From the NCBI GenBank assembly GCA_963702425.1, contig CAVPCQ010000028.1, positions 35,990 to 99,989 of the forward strand: a DNA stretch of 64,000 nt, read 5' to 3'. Source of the stretch: an uncultured Acidobacteriota bacterium (GTDB lineage Bacteria > Acidobacteriota > Polarisedimenticolia > J045). The translations under genes were made by a program, and so were the position numbers. Below are positions 9,304 through 16,539 of the stretch, piece after piece (positions within the stretch are counted from its first letter, which is position 1; every line of letters begins with the position of its first letter). The notes below the pieces were generated by a model that did no database searches, was not told where the DNA came from, and worked only from the letters and a program-made list of their open reading frames with translations.

Positions 9304-10731
9304 ATGCAGCCGCCGCCCGATGTCCTGATCACTCCCGGCATGCAGCGCTACATCGACAAGAACAAGGTCTACCTCGAGAAGCGCTCCGAGTACATCCGCG
9401 AGGTGGTGAAGAAGTGGCGCTTCGACACGATCGCCGTCCACGGGCTCTATTCGGTCGAGGACGCGATCGAGGACTACCAGGGATCGATCATCGAGCCGAT
9501 CTTCATGAGCAGCTCGCAGGCCTATCGCGACTCGGACGAGATGGCCGCGGCGCTGGCCTACCTGATCCCGACCTGGTGCTACTCGCGGATCGCCAACCCG
9601 TCGACCTACTACTACGAGTGGACGCTGGCGCTGCTGGAGGGTTACGGCTTCGACGGCGAGACGACCTGCTGCTCGACCTCCTCCGGCATGGCGGCGATCA
9701 TGACCGCGGTCCAGCCGTTCCTGATGCACACCCGTCACAACACCTACGAGCCGCGCAACTTCCTGGCCACCGCGCAGTGTTACGGCGGGACCTTCCAGCA
9801 GTTCAACGTCCGCCTGCAGCAGGAGCGCGACGTCGAATGCCGCTGGATCCACGACCCGACCGACCTCGACGAGTGGGCCCGGAAGATCGACGAGAACACG
9901 CGCTTCCTCTACGGCGAGCTGCCCAGCAACCCGCAGCAGGGTTTCTTCGACATCGCGGCCGTCGCCGAACTGGCCCACGCGCACAACCTGCCGCTGATCG
10001 TCGACAGCACCGTCGCCACGCCGGCCCTCCTGCGGCCGATCTGCCACGGCGCCGACATCGTCGTGCAATCGGCGACCAAGACGTTGACCAGCAGCGGCTT
10101 CGGGATCTGCGGCGCGGTGATCGCCCGCAAGGGGATCGTGACCAACGTCCCCAACGATGCGCTGAAGGAGGACTTCTCGCTCTACATCAAGTACCTGCCG
10201 AACCGCGACTACGGCCCGAACCTGCACCCGATGCAGGCGATCATGACGCTCAACGACATGCGCACGCTGCGCTCGAAGGTCGATCTGATGAGCCGCAGCA
10301 CGATGCGCGTCGCCGAGTGGCTCGAGACCCATGGGCTGGTCGAGAGCGTCGAGTACCTGGGCCTTCCCAACCATCCGCTGCACGAGCTGGCGCGCCGCTA
10401 CATGTGGCTGGTGGACGCCGAGCACGACGAGCTCTACCGGCGGCCAGTCAACCGCTACGGTCACCTGATGTCGTTCTGCGTCAAGGGCGGCGCCGAGCGG
10501 GCGCGCAAGGTCTTCGACGGCTTGCAGCGGATCTGGCGGGCGACGGACCTGGGGCGGATCAAGAGCGTGGCCACGATCCCCGCGATCTCCACCCACCAGC
10601 AGCAGGGCGAGGCGGGGCGCAAGCTGGCCGGCATCCCGCCGCACCTGATCCGGCTGTGCGTCGGGGCCGAGCACCCGGACGACATCATCGCCGACCTCGA
10701 CCAGGCGCTCGCGCACGCCGATCGCAAGTAG
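9304..10731 (+). CDS. PLP-dependent Cys/Met metabolism enzyme (O-acetylhomoserine sulfhydrylase / trans-sulfuration family)
   Basis: FDTIAVHG, YSRIANP, SSGMAAI, YGGT, DSTVATP, SATK (PLP lysine), LIRLCVGAEHPDDIIADLDQAL. Start at ATG 9304 with GGAG RBS. Confidence 0.88.
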   Translation: MQPPPDVLITPGMQRYIDKNKVYLEKRSEYIREVVKKWRFDTIAVHGLYSVEDAIEDYQGSIIEPIFMSSSQAYRDSDEMAAALAYLIPTWCYSRIANPSTYYYEWTLALLEGYGFDGETTCCSTSSGMAAIMTAVQPFLMHTRHNTYEPRNFLATAQCYGGTFQQFNVRLQQERDVECRWIHDPTDLDEWARKIDENTRFLYGELPSNPQQGFFDIAAVAELAHAHNLPLIVDSTVATPALLRPICHGADIVVQSATKTLTSSGFGICGAVIARKGIVTNVPNDALKEDFSLYIKYLPNRDYGPNLHPMQAIMTLNDMRTLRSKVDLMSRSTMRVAEWLETHGLVESVEYLGLPNHPLHELARRYMWLVDAEHDELYRRPVNRYGHLMSFCVKGGAERARKVFDGLQRIWRATDLGRIKSVATIPAISTHQQQGEAGRKLAGIPPHLIRLCVGAEHPDDIIADLDQALAHADRK

Positions 10732-10733
10732 GG

Positions 10734-10809
10734 GCCGGCCTCTGTGCCGGCCCGCAGCCGGCCTCTGTGCCGGCCCGCAGCCGGCCTCTGTGCCGGCCCG
10801 CAGCCGGCC
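10734..10809. repeat. Perfect 23-bp tandem repeat GCCGGCCTCTGTGCCGGCCCGCA x3.3
   Basis: Identical units at 10734, 10757 and 10780 plus a partial unit, no spacers, between convergent stop codons. Confidence 0.95.
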
Positions 10810-10846
10810 GCGGGGCGGCCGGTCCCCCGCGGCGCGAAGTCCGGCC

Positions 10847-12664
10847 CTACTGGCAGACGTCCGTTCCGACCCGCGTCGCGACCTGTCCGGTCGGGAACGG
10901 GCCGCACACCGGAACGTCGAAGCTGCCGGCGTCGTTGGAAAGCAGGTCGCGCCGCACCACCACGTAGAACAGCGCGAACCCCGGATGCGGCAGCGCGTCG
11001 TCGCAGACCGGCAACTGGTTCGGCTGGACGTTCGACGCGACGCACGCGAGCGGACCCAGGGAGACCGTGCCGCCGGTGGCGAACGCGAGGTTCTCGACAT
11101 GCCCGCGCAGGACGTCATGGGCCCGCGCGGCCGCCGGATTCGCGATCTCGGGCGAGAAGACCGACACCTCGGACAGGTCGCGGCGATAAGCAGTCCCGAG
11201 ATTCCGGTCACCGAGGTCGAGGTCGAAGCGCAGGCAGCGCCGCGGCGGGTCGATCGCCGCCGACGGAACGAACCGGATGCCATCAGCCGGAAGTCGCCCG
11301 CGGAAGCCGATCACGTCGTTGCTGACCGACAGGGAGGTCAGGAACTCGTCCGGCGCGTCGGGCGCGGAGCCGGAGTAGACGTCGACCCACCCGGGTCCCG
11401 GGTCCGTCAACGTGCCTTGGACGGTCGTCGGCGTCGCGCTCAGGAACTGTGGCGGCCCGACCAGTCCTCCGGCCTTGAAGATGAGCCCCTGCACGTTGGC
11501 GCGCATCTCGTTGCATGCGACGAGGTGCCCCGCGACGTTGCCCGTGAGAGCCAGCCCGTAGCCGCCGTTGTCGTGGATCGTGTTGCGGAATACGCGGCAG
11601 TCGAGCCCCCCGTCGAGCCGGACGCCGTCGCGGCGGTTGCCGCCCGCCGTTGCGGCGCCCGCGGTACCGATGTCGTTGTCGCGCACGTCCACCGCGCGCG
11701 CGCCGGTCCCGAGCAGGATGCCGTCCCCGGCGTGGCACCCGATCTCGTTGTCTGCGATCACGATGTCCCGCGCGTTCTCGACGACGATCCCGGCCGGCGT
11801 GAAGTTCCAGCTGCCGCACGCCACCGATGGACCGGGCGCGCGGCCCAGGCCGACCTTGCTGCGCAGGATTCTGCTGCCGTCCGCGCCCATTCCCAGGTAG
11901 ACCCCGCGCGGGACGCTCGGTGCCGTCGCATCGGCCGCGAAGCGGCTGGCCTCGACGAGGACCGGCGCGGTGGCGTGCAGCGCTTCGCCGTTCGATCCGG
12001 CCGGAACGAGACCGCGGCTGCCGACGTCGCAGTCGACGATCTGGGTCGGGCGCGTCGCAGGACCAATCGGCGCGTTGTTCCCCTCGACCCGGATCGCGGA
12101 GTCATTCCCCTCGAACGCCAGCCGCGAGAGCCTGGTCCCGTCGGGGAACCCGACGGTGGCCGTCTCCGCCGCGACCTGCACGCCGATTCGGTTGGCGCTC
12201 GAGATCGGACCGAAGATGCCGAAACGGCAGCCCTGGACCTCGTTGTCGATCGCGCCGCCGCCGAGGATCCGTACGGCGGCCTTCGTGAACCCTTCGAACT
12301 CGAGGTTCTCGAGCGCGTTCCGCGGCCCGCGGCTGGTGAACGCGCTCGTGACGCTGTTGCCGCCCGAGAGCCGGACCTTCGGGACCGCGCTGGTGGCCGG
12401 TCCGCCGTCGATCGAAAGGGCGCCCTCCGCGAGGTCCGGCAGCGGAGCGACGAGGTGGATCGTCCCGCTCACGGCGAAGGTGATCCGGTCCGGCTCGCCA
12501 TTCCCTTCCGCAGCCTCGATCGCCGCCCGCAGCGATCCCGGCGGCGCGGGGATGACGTCGACCAGCGTGGTGACCACGTGCGCCGCGGCACGCACCTCGG
12601 TCAGCGGCGCGAGAAGCAGAAAAGCAGCAGATGCGAGAACTGAAACACGACGGTGCGCTCTCAT
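10847..12664 (-). CDS. Secreted right-handed parallel beta-helix repeat protein with C-terminal Cys-X domain
   Basis: Start moved to ATG 12664 (GGGAGG RBS, signal peptide). VTTLVD...GSLRAAIEAA cap motif followed by PbH1-like repeats (DNEIG, DNDIG, RNTIHDNGGYG). Confidence 0.8.
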   Translation of the reverse strand: MRAHRRVSVLASAAFLLLAPLTEVRAAAHVVTTLVDVIPAPPGSLRAAIEAAEGNGEPDRITFAVSGTIHLVAPLPDLAEGALSIDGGPATSAVPKVRLSGGNSVTSAFTSRGPRNALENLEFEGFTKAAVRILGGGAIDNEVQGCRFGIFGPISSANRIGVQVAAETATVGFPDGTRLSRLAFEGNDSAIRVEGNNAPIGPATRPTQIVDCDVGSRGLVPAGSNGEALHATAPVLVEASRFAADATAPSVPRGVYLGMGADGSRILRSKVGLGRAPGPSVACGSWNFTPAGIVVENARDIVIADNEIGCHAGDGILLGTGARAVDVRDNDIGTAGAATAGGNRRDGVRLDGGLDCRVFRNTIHDNGGYGLALTGNVAGHLVACNEMRANVQGLIFKAGGLVGPPQFLSATPTTVQGTLTDPGPGWVDVYSGSAPDAPDEFLTSLSVSNDVIGFRGRLPADGIRFVPSAAIDPPRRCLRFDLDLGDRNLGTAYRRDLSEVSVFSPEIANPAAARAHDVLRGHVENLAFATGGTVSLGPLACVASNVQPNQLPVCDDALPHPGFALFYVVVRRDLLSNDAGSFDVPVCGPFPTGQVATRVGTDVCQ

Positions 12665-12983
12665 CACGGACCCTCCCCGGTCGCCGCCCCTCAGGGGCGC
12701 GCGCGGAACTCGAACGAGTTGGCGCGAAGGCGGTTGCCGTGCGAAGGCGGCATCCCATCGTGACGAAGGCCCGGAAACAACCCTGTAACTGGGCAGAGCA
12801 TACGCTGCGGCACGAACACTCGGCAACCGATTTCGGTGCCGACGCCAACCCCGCCCCAAGCCGTCCCCGCAAGAAAACGACCCGATCCGTGCGCCCTTTT
12901 CCCGCACCCCACGCATGGAGGGGTGAGACCGGAGCGGTGCGGCGATCGCCGCCGCCGGACGTCGGCCTCGCACCGGAGGCGGG

Positions 12984-13748
12984 ATGAACGGGTCATGGCT
13001 TGCACGGCGAATCGCCGCGGCGTTGGTCGAGGTCATCGCGACGGCGCCACTGGCTGACACGACCGCAGCGGGAACTGCCATGAACGGCAGAGCGAGCTGT
13101 CGGGTCGATCCCCGTCGGTTCCGGCGGGCCCTGGTCGCGCTCGCTGTCGCGTCGGTCCTCGCGAGCACGTTCGCGTCCGCGGGAAGCTGGCTCCAGTCCG
13201 CTGCCGACACGCCGCCGATCCCGAAGGAGTACGGCGCGCGGCTCCTGCTGCTCGCACCGGAGATCGTCTACGAGGACCAGGAGAGCGAACAGCAACTCGA
13301 CGCCACGGCCTTCGCGATCGACGAGGTCCGGACGCGGATCGTGGCCTGCTCGCGCCGGCTGCTCGAGTCCGAGGGGTTCGAACTCGAAGGGGAAACCGGG
13401 GAGAACTCGCTCGCACCGGCACGGCTCGTCCAGAGCGGGCCACTGCCGAGCGACATCTGTGCCGGGAGCAACGCGGCGGAGCGCTCGCGGCTGCTGCTCG
13501 CGATCCACGCCCAGGTGATCGTCGGACGGGGAGGGAGCTGGAACCCGTTCACCGGCGCGATCACGTCGGCGAACCACCGCACCCGGCTCCGCGCGGCGCT
13601 CGTCGATTGCGCTGCGGCCCGCGTACTGTGGCGCAACGAGGTGATCCTGCGCGAGGTCCCCGATCCGCGGCGCGAGCGCCTCGAGGCGGCGATCGAGCGG
13701 CTGCTTGCGATCGACGCCAAACGCGAGAGGAAGGAGGACGACCGATGA
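12984..13748 (+). CDS. Hypothetical exported protein (start may be 13080)
   Basis: Hydrophobic signal-like segment ALVALAVASVLASTFASA; ATGA overlap with next gene; C-terminal LVDCAAARVLWRN resembles the next gene. Confidence 0.6.
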   Translation: MNGSWLARRIAAALVEVIATAPLADTTAAGTAMNGRASCRVDPRRFRRALVALAVASVLASTFASAGSWLQSAADTPPIPKEYGARLLLLAPEIVYEDQESEQQLDATAFAIDEVRTRIVACSRRLLESEGFELEGETGENSLAPARLVQSGPLPSDICAGSNAAERSRLLLAIHAQVIVGRGGSWNPFTGAITSANHRTRLRAALVDCAAARVLWRNEVILREVPDPRRERLEAAIERLLAIDAKRERKEDDR

Positions 13749-14338
13749 ACAACAGCTTCGTCAACGGGGCGATCTGCCTCGCCCTCGTCATCGGGCTCGG
13801 CACCGGCTGCGCGAGCACGAACAGGAAGGACGTCGAAACGCCCCTCGGCATCGACGAAGAGCCAGTCGACCGGGTCGCACTCGTCCCGCTGGTCCGCACG
13901 ACGCCGGCCGAGGTGAAGTTCGCCATCGAGGACCTGGTCGAGAAGCGCCTCGTCGCTGGCCTCGGACGCCGCGGGATCGAGGTCCTTCCGGCCGGCGGCG
14001 GCGCGACGGCCCCGGCGATCGACGAGGAGGAACTGCGCGGCGTCACGGCCGAGCGCCTGCGCGCGCTCGGGCCCGAGTCCGAGCGCTTCGTCCTCGTCGT
14101 GTTCCTCACCGACTACTCGAGTCGGATCACGTTCGGCAGCACCTGCAACGCGGAGGTCGTCGGCTACCTCGTCGACAAGCACGCGGGCAGAGTGGTCTGG
14201 CGCGGCAAGGGGGTCGGCGCATCGGGTCAGGGGGGGCTGGCCGGAATGATGATGAAGCGCGTGAACGACCGCGGGGCGGTCGAGACTGCCGTCGCGGAGC
14301 TGATCGCGTCGTTTCCGAAGGTGGTTGCGCGAGCCTAG
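13745..14338 (+). CDS. Putative lipoprotein (DUF799/GNA1162-like fold)
   Basis: MNNSFVNGAICLALVIGLGTGC lipobox, GGAGG RBS, VALVP and LVDKHAGRVVW motifs. Confidence 0.7.
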   Translation: MNNSFVNGAICLALVIGLGTGCASTNRKDVETPLGIDEEPVDRVALVPLVRTTPAEVKFAIEDLVEKRLVAGLGRRGIEVLPAGGGATAPAIDEEELRGVTAERLRALGPESERFVLVVFLTDYSSRITFGSTCNAEVVGYLVDKHAGRVVWRGKGVGASGQGGLAGMMMKRVNDRGAVETAVAELIASFPKVVARA

Positions 14339-14351
14339 CGGGCCTCACCAG

Positions 14352-14428
14352 GGGAGCCATCCCGGCCGAGCCGAGGACGAACGAGGGGTGCACGGAACGA
14401 GCGGCGCGGGGCCCGAGGCCCCGCGCCG
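14352..14428. repeat. 77-bp element with GC hairpin, copy 1 (downstream of S8 protease 1)
   Basis: GCCGAGCCGAGGACGAACGAGGGGTGCACG...CGGCGCGGGGC-loop-GCCCCGCGCCG; near-identical copy at 16427-16503. Confidence 0.9.
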
Positions 14429-14457
14429 CCGTCCCGCCCGTGTAATGATCCGTTGGC

Positions 14458-16083
14458 TCAGTTCTCGCCGTTGACGGCGATGCCGGTGGCTTCGCCCATC
14501 GGTGCGCTGCCGCCCCAGATCGCCGCGTTGCCCCAGACCAGGCTGAAACCGCTGGTCGAGGTGTTGCCCCAGATCGCCGCGTTGCCCCAGATCACCGCGT
14601 CGCCCCAGATCACCGAGCCGCCCCAGATCACCGCGTTGCCCCAGATCACCGAGCCGCCCCAGATCACCGAGTCGCCCCAGATCGCCGCGGTGTCCTGCAC
14701 GAGGCGGACCGACCCGGTCGCGGAGTCGTAGACGGCACGGGGCGAGAGCGAGGGCTTGGTCGCCTTGTCGGTGTTCGCGAGCGCCGCCGCGATGTCCAGG
14801 TAGCCGGCGCCGACCGTGAAGATGTCGTACTGGCTGTAGTACGGAACCCCGGTCACCGGGTCGAACGCGGTGCTGGTCGTCGGGAACGCCTTCGAGGCGG
14901 TCTTCATCAGCCGCGCCTTGACCTGGTCCGGCGTGAGCGACGGGTCCTTCTGCAGCATCAGCGCGACCGCTCCGCTGACCATCGGCGCCGCCATGCTCGT
15001 GCCGCTCAGCCGGAAGTACGCCGCCCCGACCATGTTGCCCGGGTAGTTCTTCTCCATGTAGCTCACACCCTTGGTGCTGACCGAAACCACGCGGTTTCCC
15101 GGAGCGACGAGGTCCGGCTTGGCGACGTGATCGAACAGCGTCGGGCCCTTCGAGCTGTAGCTCGCGATGTAGTCATCGACTCTCGAGATCGTGTTGCCGC
15201 TCTTCATCGCGCCCACCGTAATCACGTACGGATCGTTGCCCGGCGCGCTGATCGTCGCGTAGCCGTTGGTGCCCTGCGAGTTGTTGCGGCCTTCGTTGCC
15301 CGCGGCGACGACGACCACGATCCCGGCTTTCCAGGCCGCTTCCACGGCCTGACACAGCGGATCGACGAGGTAGCTCTGCTGGACCGGCCGACCGAGGGAC
15401 AGGTTGATCACGCGGATGTTGTAGGTGCTCTTCAGCGCGATCGCCCGCTGGATCGCGGCGATGACCGCGCTGTCGGTCCCCGTCCCGTTGTCGCCGAGCA
15501 CTCGCAAGTTGATGATCTTGGCGCCCGGTGCCACGCCCAGGTACTTCTTCGACGAGTCTTTCCCGATGCCGGCGATGATTCCGGCCACGTGCGTGCCGTG
15601 ACCGTAGACTTCGTCGACTTTCGAGCCGACGAACGTCTCGCTGTAGACGCGTGCCTTGACCAGATCGGGAGGAGTCGAAACCCCGGAGTCGATGACGGCG
15701 ACACCGATTCCGGTGCCGTCCCAGCCGGAGGTATTCGCGAAATCCGCGCCGATCGTCGGCCGGCTGTAGTCCATCGCCGGTGTCACTTCCAGATCCGGCG
15801 AGATGTACGCGACGTCCGGATCGGCGGCCAGACTCTCCAGCTCTTCGGCCGGGAGCGAGTAGGCACCGCCCTTCACCAGGCCGAGTTCGGCCTTCATCGT
15901 GCCGCGCCGACTCTTGACCTTGTCGTGCTGCTTCGCGGTCGGCGCGTCCTTGAACTGCACGATCACGTCGACGCGCTCGCCGGGCTTCTTGTTCTGAAGA
16001 TCGCGGGCGACCTTCGGCGAACCGGCGACAGCGAGGCCGACCGAGAGGAGGAGGATCGAGATCCAGATGCCGGCGCGTCTCAT
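14458..16083 (-). CDS. S8 subtilisin-like serine protease (AprX-like) with I9-type prodomain and C-terminal WG hexapeptide repeats
   Basis: Signal peptide; catalytic triad motifs VAVIDSG, HGTHVAG, GTSMAAP; oxyanion AAGN; nine xxxWG[DNG] repeats. Confidence 0.95.
   Translation of the reverse strand: MRRAGIWISILLLSVGLAVAGSPKVARDLQNKKPGERVDVIVQFKDAPTAKQHDKVKSRRGTMKAELGLVKGGAYSLPAEELESLAADPDVAYISPDLEVTPAMDYSRPTIGADFANTSGWDGTGIGVAVIDSGVSTPPDLVKARVYSETFVGSKVDEVYGHGTHVAGIIAGIGKDSSKKYLGVAPGAKIINLRVLGDNGTGTDSAVIAAIQRAIALKSTYNIRVINLSLGRPVQQSYLVDPLCQAVEAAWKAGIVVVVAAGNEGRNNSQGTNGYATISAPGNDPYVITVGAMKSGNTISRVDDYIASYSSKGPTLFDHVAKPDLVAPGNRVVSVSTKGVSYMEKNYPGNMVGAAYFRLSGTSMAAPMVSGAVALMLQKDPSLTPDQVKARLMKTASKAFPTTSTAFDPVTGVPYYSQYDIFTVGAGYLDIAAALANTDKATKPSLSPRAVYDSATGSVRLVQDTAAIWGDSVIWGGSVIWGNAVIWGGSVIWGDAVIWGNAAIWGNTSTSGFSLVWGNAAIWGGSAPMGEATGIAVNGEN
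14510..14690 (-). repeat. 18-bp coding tandem repeats encoding [SA][VA]IWG[DNG]
   Basis: CCCCAGATC recurs every 18 bp on the + strand. Confidence 0.9.
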
Positions 16084-16291
16084 TTCAAATCTCCTGTGCC
16101 GGCTGCGGGAGCCGGCGCACTCCAGGGAGCAAGGCGTGTGCCGTTCGCGCCGCCCCGCAACGCAGCCGATAAGTCGTTCGAGATCAAGGACATCGACGGT
16201 GGGAGCGGGATCGTCGGGCGCCGCCCGGGGCCGTCCGATCGGCCATTCCGTCGCGGCGTCCTGGCCGGTTTCCGGACGGAGCGTCCGAGGG
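16032..16291. repeat. About 260-bp duplicated signal-peptide plus promoter module, copy 1
   Basis: Aligns by eye with 19695-19954, with long identical stretches. Confidence 0.92.
16128..16143 (-). promoter_or_regulatory. Sigma-54 (-24/-12) promoter of S8 protease 1
   Basis: Minus strand CGGCACACGCCTTGCT matches TGGCAC-N5-TTGCW with exact GG-N10-GC spacing, about 45 bp before the ATG; identical in the second copy. Confidence 0.75.
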
Positions 16292-16426
16292 ACGCACCGT
16301 GCGTGGGAAGCGGGAGCGCAGGGCCTTCGCTCGAATCAGGGAAGGGACGCGGGGAGGAGACCCGAGGGTCGCGGCGGCAAAGACAAGCTCAGCCGCTGCA
16401 CCACGTCGGCTGGGGCTGAGCCGCAA

Positions 16427-16503
16427 GGGCGCCTTCCCTGCCGAGCCGAGGACGAACGAGGGGTGCACGAAACGAGCGGCGCGGGGCCTGGAGCCCCGCG
16501 CCG
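16427..16503. repeat. 77-bp element with GC hairpin, copy 2 (downstream of S8 protease 2)
   Basis: Matches 14352-14428; the stem is conserved and the loop differs. Confidence 0.9.
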
Positions 16504-16539
16504 GGATGAGACTCGAAGGCCGTGTGAAACCGACCCTCT

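Noticed and set aside
10734-10809. CRISPR array
   Set aside because: Repeats are head to tail with no spacers, and no cas genes are present.
14352-16503. Integron attC sites
   Set aside because: No RYYYAAC/GTTRRRY ends and no integron integrase in the window.
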